A DNA stretch of 64,000 nt from Treponema sp. (GCA_052173295.1 JBQMYW010000004.1:3511-67510); one strand, 5' to 3'; shown: positions 37,590-48,850, counted from the first letter of the stretch. The notes: a model not told the origin generated them from the letters alone. Program-made: numbers and translations.

Positions 37590-38120
37590 CTATGTTATTA
37601 AATCTACGAGCAGCCCATATATTTCTTCCAGCCGCTCTAAAATATAGAGCTGCCCCCGCTGATCCGATAAAAGGTCTGCCGCAAACCGATCTAATTTCTC
37701 ATTAATGATAATAACATGGGTAAAGGTTTTTCGGGTGAGCATATCGTGTTTGTCCCGTCCGACAGCAACTTTTGTCGTTACCGTATATGCCTCGCGGGTT
37801 ACATATCCAATAAAATTCTTTACAGCCTGTTTATAGAGCAAAATATTTTCAAATGTCCGGCGTTCTTTCAGTGCATCGCCGGCAGAACGTACCGCATCTT
37901 GCAAAATAACCATAGCTTCTTCTTGTGATACATAGTTAATCTGATCCAAGATATTAATTTCCGCAGATTTTTGCCGGTTATCGGAGAGAATAGCTTTGAA
38001 AATAGTTCTAAATGTGCCGGATTTTCTGGTATTTTTATCTTCTTTCTTTTTTGTTTGCGGTAGAGAAAGCGGAAAAGAAAGCCCTAGTGCATATCCGGTC
38101 GTTTCTATTGATGCCCCCAT
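37590..38120 (-). CDS. YaaR (DUF327) family protein
   Basis: GDALKE...YKQAVKNFI...INEKLD...LEEIYGLLVDL. Confidence 0.8.
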   Translation of the reverse strand: MGASIETTGYALGLSFPLSLPQTKKKEDKNTRKSGTFRTIFKAILSDNRQKSAEINILDQINYVSQEEAMVILQDAVRSAGDALKERRTFENILLYKQAVKNFIGYVTREAYTVTTKVAVGRDKHDMLTRKTFTHVIIINEKLDRFAADLLSDQRGQLYILERLEEIYGLLVDLIT

Positions 38121-38135
38121 TATTCTCCTTATATC

Positions 38136-38555
38136 TTACGAAGAAAAGCCGGAGGAATGTAAGGCATTACGGTTATGGTATTTTTTTTCTGCTTCTTCAA
38201 AGCGGGTTTGGTCGTTAACAGCAAAGCAAAAGCCATGTAAAATAACACTTTCGTCAACCCGTAGTTTTTTGGTTATAATTGAACCGAGTACGGCACCTGA
38301 TGAAAGAACTGCCACATACTCAGGTGCAATAATATCACCTTGTACTACGCCCCCCACACTTACCGAAGCTGCTTGAATATTACCGCGAATGCGTGCATCT
38401 TCTCCAATAATAACACGTCCTTGTGCCAGTACATTTCCGTCAATGTCGCCATCAATGCGTAAAAATCCGGAAATTGATATATCTCCTGTAATAGCCGAAC
38501 CGTGTCCGACTATAGTATTAACTGAAATATCATCTATAAAATTTGTATGCCCCAT
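38136..38555 (-). CDS. Bactofilin (polymer-forming cytoskeletal protein)
   Basis: Beta-helix repeats TIVGHGSAITGDI...LRIDGDIDGNV...IRGNIQA...VQGDI. Confidence 0.92.
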   Translation of the reverse strand: MGHTNFIDDISVNTIVGHGSAITGDISISGFLRIDGDIDGNVLAQGRVIIGEDARIRGNIQAASVSVGGVVQGDIIAPEYVAVLSSGAVLGSIITKKLRVDESVILHGFCFAVNDQTRFEEAEKKYHNRNALHSSGFSS

Positions 38556-38561
38556 AGTATG

Positions 38562-39584
38562 CTACTTTGTCCGTGCAGACTTTATATTTAAATACTTAAT
38601 AGGATCAACAACATCAGAACCAATATGAACTTCATAATGTAGGTGCGGACCGGTAGAAAGCCCTGAAGTACCAATATATCCGATGGTCTGTCCCTGCTGC
38701 ACAAACTCACCGCGTTTAACACGGTAGGACTGCATATGGGCATATCGTGTATAAAACCCGTGTTTGTGCTTAATGATAACATAATTTCCCCAACCGGGGT
38801 CATACTCAACAGTAACAACCTGCCCATCTGCAGTTGCTACAATCGCATCCCCCGAACGGTACGTTGAAAGGTCAATCCCTTTGTGAATATACCATTTACC
38901 AGTAAAAGGATGCCGGTTCTGTCCAAATGCCATGGAAATATGCCCAATACCGCCTTTTATGGGCCATAAACTCGGAATATCTGAAAAAAGCGTTGTTTGT
39001 GCATTTAAAAGTTTTCCCATTTCTTGTACGGGGGAAACTGCATCGTTAAAATAAGAAGCAAGCTGCTTCAGCTCGGCAGTTTCTTTCAATGAACCTTCGG
39101 CTACTTCATGCATATTAAACAGAAAAGACAAATCTCCATTTGCATTTTGATCTGCCGGAGCAGCACTTTTTAACCCAAGGGAAGAAAATGTTGCTGTAAG
39201 TGCTGCTTGAAAATTACGGGCACTTTTTAAAAACTCATTGGTTTCTTCTCGTAACACATCAAGGCTTGCCTGAGTTTTTTTATTTTCTTCCCGCAAGGCG
39301 GATAAATCTTGCGTAGATATAATGGTTTTGTGTGTAAACCAAAAAAAAGAGGTGAACATACCGATAACCATGAGGAAGACAAAAAGCACGCTGAAAATAC
39401 TTGTTTGAAAATTTATAACTTTTTTTTGTGAATGAGGTACAATCATAATCGTGAGCTTTTTCTGCCCAAAAGCGATTACTCCCCGCAAAAATCCAAAGAA
39501 GAATCCTACCATTCTCCTTACTATTTTTGAGATATATCGTACTATATTATTTTCAGTTTTTTTGTATCCTCGTATCCGAGACAT
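38562..39584 (-). CDS. M23 family metallopeptidase
   Basis: TM segment, coiled coil, intact HKGID, YAHM and GPHLHYE motifs. Confidence 0.93.
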   Translation of the reverse strand: MSRIRGYKKTENNIVRYISKIVRRMVGFFFGFLRGVIAFGQKKLTIMIVPHSQKKVINFQTSIFSVLFVFLMVIGMFTSFFWFTHKTIISTQDLSALREENKKTQASLDVLREETNEFLKSARNFQAALTATFSSLGLKSAAPADQNANGDLSFLFNMHEVAEGSLKETAELKQLASYFNDAVSPVQEMGKLLNAQTTLFSDIPSLWPIKGGIGHISMAFGQNRHPFTGKWYIHKGIDLSTYRSGDAIVATADGQVVTVEYDPGWGNYVIIKHKHGFYTRYAHMQSYRVKRGEFVQQGQTIGYIGTSGLSTGPHLHYEVHIGSDVVDPIKYLNIKSARTK

Positions 39585-39653
39585 TTTGCCCTCTTAATAG
39601 TAACATACTGTTCGTTCTATTTTTAATACAGCATTCTTTTTATACAGCTGCTA

Positions 39654-39682
39654 ACTATATCATTAAAAAAACAAGCTGTCAA
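39654..39682 (-). promoter_or_regulatory. Sigma70 promoter of the M23-bactofilin-yaaR-ricT operon
   Basis: Minus strand TTGACA-17-TATAGT. Confidence 0.7.
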
Positions 39683-39752
39683 ATGCCTTGTTTTTTTTAT
39701 TTTCGGCTATTTTATGCCATCAGTAAAGAATAGTAAGCATACTTCTCTGTAA

Positions 39753-41864
39753 TTAAATCTTGAATTTCCGCACTTCTGCTGCAAGATTTTCAATACTTTC
39801 GTGATTTTGTTTACCTATTTCACTTACATCTTCAATGGCATTGTTAATCTGTACTGCACCGGCAGCCATTTCATTCATACTGCCTGCAATAGTATCTGTC
39901 ATTACGGCAAGTCTATTCATTTCGCCGGAAACAAGATTGCTGCTTTTCATCATTTGACCAGCACCTTTTTTTACTGCCTGTGTCATATCTTCAATTTGTT
40001 CCATTGCATGGATAATTTGTGTACTGTTAGTATTTTGTTCAGTCATTGCGTCCATGATACCATTTTCTTGTATCCGGGTTTTTTCTGCCAGTGTAAAAAT
40101 AATATTGAATTGTTCGGCAATATCTGCTGCAGAGCTACTAACCAGTCCTATTTTTTCTTTAAGATTATTCAAGATTGCCGTAATGCTTTTTCCCTGTGCA
40201 TTAGATTCTTCTGCGAGTTTGCGGATTTCTCCTGCAACAACGGCAAAACCTTTACCAGCTTCCCCCGCATGGGCTGCCTCTATTGCTGCATTCATTGAAA
40301 GTAAATTTGTTTGTGCTGCAATATTTTGAATAACAAGACTTGTTTCCAGTAATACATCTGAGTTTTCATTTGCCGCTTGACTTAACACTACCGTTTCTTC
40401 AATGAGTTTCTTTCCTGTTTTTGTCGCACTATTTAATTCTTCCAATGTCCGTAAATTTTCCCCAACGGTTTGAGCAACAGATTGAATGTTCTCCACCATT
40501 TTATTGATAGCACGGGAAGATTCCGCAACCCTATCTGTTTGCACTGTAATATGTTCATTGAGTTTTTCTATTGTCTGTACCATTATTTGCAAAGATGAAC
40601 CTACCGCAACAACACTTGAAGAATGCATGAGTATTTGCTTTTTTACACCTTCGATGGCAGCACTTATTTCATGGATTACGCTTGCCGTTTCTGTCATGTG
40701 TTCGGTGAGTGCTTCTCCTATTCCCTGCATAGTTATACTGCTTGAGGCAACAGCAGTTATCGCTTGTCTGATTTTTTCTATTGTTCTGTTAAAATAGCGT
40801 GAAAGGTCTGCAATTTCATCTTTACCCTTAACCGGAAGACAAACCGTTAAATCACCATGTCCCTGTGCAATATCCTTTAAGCTATCTACCGTTCTGTTAA
40901 GCGGAGTAATAATAATCAGCCGCATTGCAAAAGGTATGCTGATTAACAAAATGAGGGCAAAAACAGCAGAAATCATCACGTTAAAAAATAACAACCGGTC
41001 AAATTTTCTAAAAACAACCGCTTTGTCAACCTCCATGCAGAGATAAATGCCGGTATCGGCAATGGAGGCAAGAAATACCATTTTATTATCGTTTTCTACT
41101 ATATTTTGCAGCCCCGTATGCAGATTAACCGTTGTTATTTTTTTTCCTATTAATTCTTGATTTTTATTATTAATACATACCCCATCACCATTAATGAGCG
41201 ACAGCGAATATTCGGGTATATCTTCAAATTCAATTGATTTAAAATAACGGGAAAGCGGCTCTAATCCAAGATCCAGCGTTACAACACCGTGAGTTTGTCC
41301 TCCTGCACGCAGCGGTACTGTAGCAGTAATCATGGGTACATTGGTTACTGCATCATAATACACATTACTCCAAATTACTTTTGAACTTTGTGATTGTATA
41401 CCGCTGGTATACCAGTCAAACTGCTTATAATCATTTGCTTCATCTGTATAGTCCCATGTTAGAACAATACTGCCGTTTTGTTGAAACCAGTATGGTCCAT
41501 AGAGCTTTTTACCCGGAATAACAAACGGTTCAAGCCAAAAACCGCCCCCAACAATAGAGGGGTGAGACCCCATAACAGTTTTACTTATTTTATGTAAGAA
41601 TGCTTCATTTTCAAAACCAATTGAGTTAATAAGGGCAGCATAATCTTCAGCGGCTGTGTCAAAACGGGCAAACATATCTCCATAAATTGAAAATGCCTCT
41701 TTTTGTATTTGTTCAGAAACGCTTGTCTTAATAGTACCTATAAGCATTGATGAAAATTGTGTAAATACAATAGAGCCTACTACACCGGTAAAAACAAGAA
41801 AAATAATACTGATAATAAATGATATTTTAAATGCTGCACTTTTGGTTTTGATAATTTTTAGCAT
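39753..41864 (-). CDS. Methyl-accepting chemotaxis protein (Cache-like sensor, HAMP)
   Basis: Two TM segments, WYT...[57 protein letters not shown]. Confidence 0.96.
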   Translation of the reverse strand: MLKIIKTKSAAFKISFIISIIFLVFTGVVGSIVFTQFSSMLIGTIKTSVSEQIQKEAFSIYGDMFARFDTAAEDYAALINSIGFENEAFLHKISKTVMGSHPSIVGGGFWLEPFVIPGKKLYGPYWFQQNGSIVLTWDYTDEANDYKQFDWYTSGIQSQSSKVIWSNVYYDAVTNVPMITATVPLRAGGQTHGVVTLDLGLEPLSRYFKSIEFEDIPEYSLSLINGDGVCINNKNQELIGKKITTVNLHTGLQNIVENDNKMVFLASIADTGIYLCMEVDKAVVFRKFDRLLFFNVMISAVFALILLISIPFAMRLIIITPLNRTVDSLKDIAQGHGDLTVCLPVKGKDEIADLSRYFNRTIEKIRQAITAVASSSITMQGIGEALTEHMTETASVIHEISAAIEGVKKQILMHSSSVVAVGSSLQIMVQTIEKLNEHITVQTDRVAESSRAINKMVENIQSVAQTVGENLRTLEELNSATKTGKKLIEETVVLSQAANENSDVLLETSLVIQNIAAQTNLLSMNAAIEAAHAGEAGKGFAVVAGEIRKLAEESNAQGKSITAILNNLKEKIGLVSSSAADIAEQFNIIFTLAEKTRIQENGIMDAMTEQNTNSTQIIHAMEQIEDMTQAVKKGAGQMMKSSNLVSGEMNRLAVMTDTIAGSMNEMAAGAVQINNAIEDVSEIGKQNHESIENLAAEVRKFKI

Positions 41865-42007
41865 AATCTATTCTCCTCTCTATTCTATTATAAAGTGTTC
41901 GGAAAGAATTACAATCCCAAAGCTGTATTATTTATTAAAAGAGAGCAGAGACAGCTTTTCTCAATAGCAGCAAATTTTTCATACTATTCATTACTCGTAC
42001 TATTTGC

Positions 42008-42036
42008 TTGACTATTATGAACACTATAGTTAGAAT
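42008..42036 (+). promoter_or_regulatory. Sigma70 promoter of apt-asnS, probably leaderless
   Basis: TTGACT-17-TAGAAT, ATG 6 nt downstream, no SD. Confidence 0.7.
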
Positions 42037-42042
42037 ACTCGT

Positions 42043-42573
42043 ATGAAAGATACTTTATTAGATAGTGCGATCCGTAAAATACCGGATTTTCCCAAAAAAG
42101 GTATTTTATTTTATGATATTACCGGTCTTTTAATTAATCCGGAGGCATTCCGCTATTGTTTGGACAAGCTCACCGGCTTGTATAAAGATGAAAAAATTGA
42201 TGCAGTTGCTGCGATTGAATCACGCGGGTTTATTTTTGCCGCCCCCTTTGCCGATAGGCTTGGTATTCCGTTGATTCTCATCCGTAAAAAAGGCAAACTG
42301 CCGGGAGAAAAATACTCCTGCTCGTATTCGCTTGAGTATGGCGAGGCAACCATTGAAGTCCATGCTTCGGATATAAAGAAAGGGCAGCGTATTTTACTTC
42401 TTGATGACCTCATTGCAACCGGCGGAACTTTAAATGCTGCCCGTAAAATGATTAACCAAGGCGGTGCAGAGGTTGCTGGTTTTTGCGGAGTTATCGGTTT
42501 GCCCTTTTTAGCGTATGATAAAGTTATTGGTGATTTACCGGTAAAAACACTCATAGAATATGAAAGCGAATAA
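42043..42573 (+). CDS. apt: Adenine phosphoribosyltransferase
   Basis: PDFPKKGILFYDIT, ESRGF, RKKGKLPG, LEYG, LLDDLIATGGT. Confidence 0.97.
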   Translation: MKDTLLDSAIRKIPDFPKKGILFYDITGLLINPEAFRYCLDKLTGLYKDEKIDAVAAIESRGFIFAAPFADRLGIPLILIRKKGKLPGEKYSCSYSLEYGEATIEVHASDIKKGQRILLLDDLIATGGTLNAARKMINQGGAEVAGFCGVIGLPFLAYDKVIGDLPVKTLIEYESE

Positions 42574-42591
42574 AGGATTTTCAGTTTTAAA

Positions 42592-44013
42592 ATGATAACA
42601 TTAATTAAAGATATACTCACACAGAAACCGGACGGGCAGGAAGTTGCTGTTTACGGCTGGGTTCGTACAAAACGTGAAACGAAAAATTTAATATTCATCG
42701 AAGTAAATGATGGCTCTTGTTTTGCATCCATTCAATTAACTTTTGATAGAGATGCAGGGATTGATGCACAAACGGAACAAGAATTAAAACGGATTACAAC
42801 CGGTGCTTCTCTCCGTGCAACGGGAACGCTTGTTCCCTCGCCTGCTTCCGGTCAAACAGTGGAAGTTTCGGCTCATTCAATACATGTTTACGGCGAGGCT
42901 CCGGTAGATTCGTATCCGCTTCAAAAAAAACGGCATAGCATGGAATTCTTACGGGAGATTGCACACTTACGTGCACGTACTAATACATTTGGTGCTGTTG
43001 CACGGGTGCGGAATCAAATGGCATTTGCGGTTCATACGTTCTTTCAAGAACACGGATTCCAGTATGTGCATACACCGCTTATCACTGCGTCTGACTGTGA
43101 AGGTGCAGGCGAAATGTTCCATGTTACCACTATGAACATACAGGAAACAGTGCGTAATGCATTGCGGAAAAATGCGAATCCCGAAACTTTTACCGTTGAT
43201 TATACACAAGATTTCTTTGAAAAAGAAGCAAATCTCACGGTTTCAGGGCAGCTGGAAGCAGAAACCTATGCAACGGCATTGTCCCGCGTATATACTTTCG
43301 GTCCAACATTTCGTGCAGAAAATTCAAATACAACACGGCATCTTTCCGAATTTTGGATGATCGAACCAGAAATGGCATTTTTCCGCCTACAGGATAATAT
43401 GGATCTTGCAGAAGAGTTTGTCGTTTATTTGCTGAAATGGGCATTAACACACTGCCGCGAAGATCTCGCATTTTTTGACGCACGAATAAAACCCGGTCTT
43501 ATTAGCATGCTTAAGCAGGTAGTTACTGCACAATTTGCACGGGTTACCTATACGGAAGCCGTTGCAGAACTGGAAAAAAATGCTGATTCCTTTGAATTTA
43601 AACCGTACTGGGGTTGCGATTTACAGAGCGAGCATGAAAAATATCTAACCGACCATGTTTTTAAAAGTCCTGTTATTGTAACGGATTATCCAAAAGAAAT
43701 AAAAGCTTTTTACATGAAGCAGAATGAGGACGGTAAAACAGTCCGAGCGATGGACGTATTGGTTCCCGGACTTGGTGAGCTTATCGGCGGTTCTGAACGT
43801 GAAGAAAATTTACAGGTACTGGAAAACCGTATTACCGAACTGGGACTCGATATAAAAAACTACTGGTGGTATCTTGATCTCCGCCGCTTTGGTACCGTGC
43901 CGCATTCCGGCTTTGGGCTTGGGTTTGAACGGCTGCTGCTCTATATCACCGGCATGACCAATATCCGCGATGTTATCCCATTCCCCCGCACGCCGAAATC
44001 CGCAGAATTTTAA
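42592..44013 (+). CDS. asnS: Asparagine--tRNA ligase
   Basis: [56 protein letters not shown]. Confidence 0.97.
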   Translation: MITLIKDILTQKPDGQEVAVYGWVRTKRETKNLIFIEVNDGSCFASIQLTFDRDAGIDAQTEQELKRITTGASLRATGTLVPSPASGQTVEVSAHSIHVYGEAPVDSYPLQKKRHSMEFLREIAHLRARTNTFGAVARVRNQMAFAVHTFFQEHGFQYVHTPLITASDCEGAGEMFHVTTMNIQETVRNALRKNANPETFTVDYTQDFFEKEANLTVSGQLEAETYATALSRVYTFGPTFRAENSNTTRHLSEFWMIEPEMAFFRLQDNMDLAEEFVVYLLKWALTHCREDLAFFDARIKPGLISMLKQVVTAQFARVTYTEAVAELEKNADSFEFKPYWGCDLQSEHEKYLTDHVFKSPVIVTDYPKEIKAFYMKQNEDGKTVRAMDVLVPGLGELIGGSEREENLQVLENRITELGLDIKNYWWYLDLRRFGTVPHSGFGLGFERLLLYITGMTNIRDVIPFPRTPKSAEF

Positions 44014-44115
44014 GCATAATATAGAAATACGCTGTTGCAGCAGCTATTTCCGGTGCTTCCGTATATATCACTATTCTTTTAGCAGCCGCTTCTGCTGCAA
44101 AAGCCGTGTTACTCT

Positions 44116-44886
44116 ATGAGCAGCCGTTCATGGAGTGCGGAAGCACTGGTTCTTTCTCTTGCAGATTTTGGTGAAGCCCACCGAACTGCCCGTTTGCTTG
44201 TTCATCAAGACGGGCAGTGTGTACTTATTTCTGCCGCAGTATTCGGCGGTCCGCGCAGTAAACTCCGCGGCTTAGTTTCGCTGTACCAAAGCGGCAGGGT
44301 ATGGTGCTATACTAATCCAATAAAAAATACCCATAAAATAACTGACTTTTCTGTTTCTGCCTACCGAATGGAATTACGGGAAAGTTTGTTACGCACGTGG
44401 GCTGCCGCATTGTGCAGTGAACTTGTTTTAAAAATGAATGGCGTTGCGGATTGGCGTACCGTTAATGCATTTTTAGACGGACTGTGTGTTTCCGATGATG
44501 ACGGATGCAAACGGGGGGTGTTACGGTTTTTATGGCGGATGCTTGACTATTCGGGAATTGCACCGGATATAACGGTATGCGGACGCTGCGGCTGCCCGTT
44601 CCCAACGGACAGCCGCAGATCATTGGATTTTTCCGCTGCGTACAACCCTCTTGATGATGAACTAGAATGTGATGCCTGTACTGTGCTTTCTAATGCACCA
44701 TTTTTGCTCCATAGCGAAGCAGTACAGTATCTTTCTGCAGTTACCAATACCCCAGCAGGATATTCCCGGCATCTACCGCTTAGCGGCAGTGCATACGGAG
44801 AACTAAAACAACTCTTATTTTTTTTAATAGAAAAAATGATAGGAGATACATTGAAAACACTCAAAACCGGAGCGGGAATATTTTAA
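44116..44886 (+). CDS. recO: DNA repair protein RecO
   Basis: N-terminal OB-like region (DFGEAHR) and zinc motif CGRC...CDAC. Confidence 0.8.
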   Translation: MSSRSWSAEALVLSLADFGEAHRTARLLVHQDGQCVLISAAVFGGPRSKLRGLVSLYQSGRVWCYTNPIKNTHKITDFSVSAYRMELRESLLRTWAAALCSELVLKMNGVADWRTVNAFLDGLCVSDDDGCKRGVLRFLWRMLDYSGIAPDITVCGRCGCPFPTDSRRSLDFSAAYNPLDDELECDACTVLSNAPFLLHSEAVQYLSAVTNTPAGYSRHLPLSGSAYGELKQLLFFLIEKMIGDTLKTLKTGAGIF

Positions 44887-44889
44887 AAT

Positions 44890-44934
44890 AAAAGTGTATA
44901 ACACATCAATAAATCTGATCCGGTATACACTTTT
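44890..44934. terminator. Bidirectional terminator between recO and rpsU
   Basis: AAAAGTGTATA ... TATACACTTTT between convergent genes. Confidence 0.6.
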
Positions 44935-44949
44935 TACTCAAATTAATGT

Positions 44950-45159
44950 TTAGTATGCTTTTGAATCGTATGATTTACGATTTTTCTTCATTAATTTGCG
45001 TTGAAGAGCTTTCTTTTTTCTATTCAGAATGGTAGAGGGTTTTTCATAGTATTCCCGTTTTTTCCATTCCCGAATAATGCCTTCTTTTTCAACCTGACGT
45101 TTAAAACGTTTGATTGCTTTTTCCAAATTTTCAGAATCATCTACACTAATATTTGCCAC
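44950..45159 (-). CDS. rpsU: 30S ribosomal protein S21
   Basis: [12 protein letters not shown]...[11 protein letters not shown] start with GGAGG SD. Confidence 0.97.
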   Translation of the reverse strand: MANISVDDSENLEKAIKRFKRQVEKEGIIREWKKREYYEKPSTILNRKKKALQRKLMKKNRKSYDSKAY

Positions 45160-45205
45160 TTAGTATTTCACCTCCAATGGATTTTACTCCTTAGTTTAAG
45201 CCTTA

Positions 45206-45234
45206 ATGCTACTTATTTTATCGGTTGGTGTCAA
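45206..45234 (-). promoter_or_regulatory. Sigma70 promoter of rpsU
   Basis: Minus strand TTGACA-17-TAGCAT. Confidence 0.7.
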
Positions 45235-45269
45235 GTAAGTGCATGAGCTCATACTAACCCTACAATTCT

Positions 45270-45316
45270 GCAAAGAGGTTCTCCGCACCTCTTACCGGTA
45301 TTGACAACCTCTTTGC
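45270..45316 (-). terminator. Stem-loop downstream of pyk
   Basis: GCAAAGAGGTT ... AACCTCTTTGC. Confidence 0.5.
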
Positions 45317-45333
45317 TTAGACAGCGGACTGCA

Positions 45334-47088
45334 TTAAACTACTGCAGAACCTTTTACAACAACACCTGTTTTGCCATTAATTGTAATAATATCATTGTTT
45401 TTTAGAATTGACAGTGCTGAACCTGCTCCGACAACTGCCGGTTTTGATTGTTTTATTGCCATGATGGCAGCATGACCGCTTAAACTACCGTCTTCAGTAA
45501 TAATTGCTGCTGCACGATCAATAAATGAATTCATTAAATCATTTGTTTTTGCAGTAACAATGATGTCATTATCGCGGAAGTCAGTAAGGAGATCCCGTTC
45601 TGTATTGATAAGGCGTACTCGCCCGCTTACAACAGCATCACTACCGATACCCCGTCCCTTTAACAAAATAGTTCCAACAGTTTCTACCTTTAACAAGTTT
45701 GTTGAACCGGCAAGACCAATTGGAACACCGGCAGTAAGGACTGCTAGTTCCCCTTCCTTTACATACCCCCGTTTTTTTGCTTCGGCGATACACGTTTCAA
45801 ACATTTCATCAGTTGATTTAAAATATGGACCAACAATTGCATAAACACCCCAGTTCAATGAAAGCCGGCGTGCAGTCGCTTCATGCGGTGTAAGAGTAAC
45901 AATCGGTACTTTAGGTTTATATTTAGAAAGACACCGCGGAGTTTCTCCTGATGACGATGCAGTGATAATAACCTGTGCATTCATTTCCATCGCTAATGAA
46001 CAAGTCGCATGAGCAATTGCATTACTAATATTAGAATGTTTATGTGCACCGTCATTGAGAATTTTTTCATAATTCAGTGCATTTTCTGTAGTAATTGCAA
46101 TGCTGTTCATCATTTTGACCGTTTCAACAGGATAGCGTCCGGCAGCAGTTTCTCCTGAAAGCATGATAGCACTTGTACCGTCAAAAATTGCGTTTGCAAC
46201 ATCGGTAACTTCCGCACGGGTGGGACGAAGATTATGAGTCATGGATTCAAGCATTTGCGTGGCTGTAATAACCGGTTTACTTGCCTGCAATGTTTTTTGA
46301 ATAATGAGCTTCTGCACAAGCGGTATTTTCTGCGGGGGAATTTCTATACCAAGATCGCCGCGGGCAACCATAATACCGTCAGATACTTCGAGAATATTAT
46401 CAATCGCATCAAGTCCTTCTTGATTTTCTATTTTTGCAATAATATTAATAAAATTGCCGTTTTCTTTTTCAAGAATTTTTCTAATACTCAAAATATCTTC
46501 ATGACTGCGGGTAAATGAAGCTGCAATAAAATCAACTTGGTTTTTAATACCAAAGTGCAGGTCTTCAATATCCTGTGTACTTAAAAACGGTAAATTTATT
46601 TTTACACCGGGTATATTAATTCCCTTGTTATTGGACACAACCCCTTCTGTCATAACAGTACAAACAATATCCGTACCATTTTGTATTTCTTTCACTTGTA
46701 ATTCGATTAAACCATCGTCTATTAAAATTCTATCGCCGGTATGTACTTCTTTCGGTAGTTTTTTGTAAGTAACACTGCATATTTTATCCGTGCCTTCAAC
46801 TTCTTGTGCGGTAAGGGTAAACTGCTGCCCGCGAGTAAGACGTACTGAGTTATTAACGAATTTTTTAGTACGAATTTCAGGTCCTTTCATGTCAAGCATG
46901 ATTGCAATAGGCATATTCAGCTCTTCACGAATTTTTTTTATGCGGTCTATGCGCACTTGGTGATCTTGATGAGTACCATGCGAAAAGTTCAGGCGACATA
47001 CATTCAGCCCTGCCTTGAAAAGTTCCCGTAAAACTTCTTCTGAATCTGATGCGGGACCAATAGTACAAACAATTTTTGTCTTTTTCAT
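45334..47088 (-). CDS. pyk: Pyruvate kinase with C-terminal PEP-utilizer-like domain
   Basis: KTKIVCTIGPAS, RLNFSHG, IAKIEN, MVARGDLG, ATQMLESM, MLSGETA; C-terminal extension with SGHAAI. Start ATG 47088 after GGAGGA. Confidence 0.96.
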   Translation of the reverse strand: MKKTKIVCTIGPASDSEEVLRELFKAGLNVCRLNFSHGTHQDHQVRIDRIKKIREELNMPIAIMLDMKGPEIRTKKFVNNSVRLTRGQQFTLTAQEVEGTDKICSVTYKKLPKEVHTGDRILIDDGLIELQVKEIQNGTDIVCTVMTEGVVSNNKGINIPGVKINLPFLSTQDIEDLHFGIKNQVDFIAASFTRSHEDILSIRKILEKENGNFINIIAKIENQEGLDAIDNILEVSDGIMVARGDLGIEIPPQKIPLVQKLIIQKTLQASKPVITATQMLESMTHNLRPTRAEVTDVANAIFDGTSAIMLSGETAAGRYPVETVKMMNSIAITTENALNYEKILNDGAHKHSNISNAIAHATCSLAMEMNAQVIITASSSGETPRCLSKYKPKVPIVTLTPHEATARRLSLNWGVYAIVGPYFKSTDEMFETCIAEAKKRGYVKEGELAVLTAGVPIGLAGSTNLLKVETVGTILLKGRGIGSDAVVSGRVRLINTERDLLTDFRDNDIIVTAKTNDLMNSFIDRAAAIITEDGSLSGHAAIMAIKQSKPAVVGAGSALSILKNNDIITINGKTGVVVKGSAVV

Positions 47089-47132
47089 GCGTTCCTCCCC
47101 TAAAACGAAACAGTACGAAAATAGCATTTGAA

Positions 47133-47256
47133 TAAACCTGTTCGCAAACTTCGGTTTCAGAACAGGATGCCTTAAAATACGATGTTCTAAATCGTGCTAT
47201 GTGTACGATTTAGAACTTGCCGACCTATTCGATAACGGAGGTATCAAACAGGTCTA
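47133..47256. mobile_element. 124-bp composite MITE/REPIN-like element (two family A units flanking a hairpin)
   Basis: Ends TAAACCTGTT ... AACAGGTCTA; internal stem GTTCTAAATCGT ... ACGATTTAGAAC. Mobility is inferred; no transposase in the window. Confidence 0.6.
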
Positions 47257-47487
47257 ATTTCAATTTTGTAAACACCTATAATAGTAGCATACTTTGACGA
47301 AAAAACATACAAAAAAAATAAAAATTTACACAAAAATTTTACTGCTTTCGAAATAGTAACGATCATAAACTGCGGCTGTAAGCACTCTTATGTGAAATAA
47401 AGCTGTCTGTTTCTTCCTCAAATCCTTACAACTCATCATTATGGTCTAGCGTTTTTATCGTAAATAGAGTATAGTAATAAGAACTAT

Positions 47488-47524
47488 TGAGCTTGTTTGC
47501 TAACTTTATTGTCAAACAGGTTTA
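47488..47524. repeat. Degenerate family A palindrome
   Basis: TGAGCTTGTTTGCTAACTTTATTGTCAAACAGGTTTA. Confidence 0.5.
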
Positions 47525-47576
47525 TTGATACTTTTAGATGCAGACATACTCTGCACAAATACCACAGGAGGTTCTT

Positions 47577-48464
47577 ATGGATAAGCAGAAGATAGAACGA
47601 ATGCGCACCGGAAAAGGCTTTATTGCTGCACTTGATCAAAGCGGCGGCAGCACACCCAAGGCTTTGGCTGCATACGGAGTTGAGAAAAATCAATACTCAA
47701 ATGATGAAGAAATGTTCAATATGGTTCATGCAATGCGTTCCCGCATTATTACCAGTAAATCATTTTCGCAAGAACATGTGCTTGGGGCAATTCTTTTTGA
47801 GCAAACCATGGATCGTGAGATTGAAGGTATCCCCACCGGCGATTACCTTTGGGATAAAAAAGGTGTTCTTCCTTTCCTCAAAGTAGATAAGGGGCTTGCT
47901 GATCTTGCAGACGGCGTACAAATTATGAAGCCGATGGATGGTTTAGATGATCTTTTAAAGCGTGCTGTTGAAAAACATATTTTCGGTACAAAAATGCGTT
48001 CTGTAATCAAAGAAGCAAATCCTGCAGGAATAAAAAAGGTTGTTGAACAGCAATTTGAGTTTGGTAAAAAGATTGCAAGCTATGGCTTAGTACCCATTAT
48101 CGAACCGGAAGTTGATATCAATAGTCCTGAAAAAGCACAATGTGAAGAATTGCTCAAGAAAGAAATTAAAGAGCATCTTGCAAAATTGCCGAAAGATGTA
48201 TTGGTAATGCTTAAACTCAGTATTCCTACTCAAGCTGACTTATATAAAGATTTTGTTGACCACCCTCAAGTAGTACGTGTTGTTGCTCTTTCAGGCGGCT
48301 ACAGCCGTGAAGATGCCAATGCACTGCTTGCAAAAAACCATGGAATGATCGCAAGTTTCTCTCGTGCATTAGCAGAAGACTTACGCTATCAGCAAACCCA
48401 AGATGAATTTGATGCAGCACTCGCTTCAACTATCAAAGGCATTTACGAGGCATCTATTACATAA
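47577..48464 (+). CDS. fda: Fructose-bisphosphate aldolase class I (bacterial Fda type)
   Basis: [66 protein letters not shown] before ATG 47577. Confidence 0.93.
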   Translation: MDKQKIERMRTGKGFIAALDQSGGSTPKALAAYGVEKNQYSNDEEMFNMVHAMRSRIITSKSFSQEHVLGAILFEQTMDREIEGIPTGDYLWDKKGVLPFLKVDKGLADLADGVQIMKPMDGLDDLLKRAVEKHIFGTKMRSVIKEANPAGIKKVVEQQFEFGKKIASYGLVPIIEPEVDINSPEKAQCEELLKKEIKEHLAKLPKDVLVMLKLSIPTQADLYKDFVDHPQVVRVVALSGGYSREDANALLAKNHGMIASFSRALAEDLRYQQTQDEFDAALASTIKGIYEASIT

Positions 48465-48494
48465 TAGCCTGCTTCTATGATCCGATAAGGATTT

Positions 48495-48530
48495 AAGAAC
48501 TGTCCAAACATTCAGTTTTGGACAGTTCTT
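48495..48530. repeat. Family A palindrome, probably also the fda terminator
   Basis: AAGAACTGTCCAAACATTCAGTTTTGGACAGTTCTT. Confidence 0.8.
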
Positions 48531-48719
48531 CTTACACTTCTTCACTATTTCCCTTTACTTAATTTTAAATTATATATTCACGAGAAATTAATTACATTTA
48601 GTATTATTTCATACCGGCAACAAAAACAATTTTACAGCACAGTAATAAACTAAGACAATTAAGATTGTAGGATAAAACAAATTTTATGGTGATTTTTAGG
48701 AGATGATGCAAATGAACAG

Positions 48720-48791
48720 TCGGGCAGGGGGGATTTGAACCCCCGACTTCTTGGTCCCGAACCAAGCGCGCTACCCCTGCGCTACTGCCCG
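48720..48791 (-). tRNA. tRNA-Pro(CGG)
   Basis: Acceptor CGGGCAG/CTGCCCG, anticodon arm CTTGG-TT-CGG-GA-CCAAG, GGTTCAAATCC. Confidence 0.95.
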
Positions 48792-48824
48792 TTTGTGTAT
48801 TATTATTAATTCGATAAAAAATAA

Positions 48825-48850
48825 AAGCTCACCACAAATGCGGTGAGCTT
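48825..48850 (-). terminator. Rho-independent terminator after tRNA-Asp
   Basis: AAGCTCACC/GGTGAGCTT stem followed by a T-rich run on the minus strand. Confidence 0.7.

Noticed and set aside
41890..41925. Sigma-28 promoter for the MCP gene
   Set aside because: TCCGAACA is only a partial -10 match with no matching -35; a TATAAT nearby is an equally good explanation.
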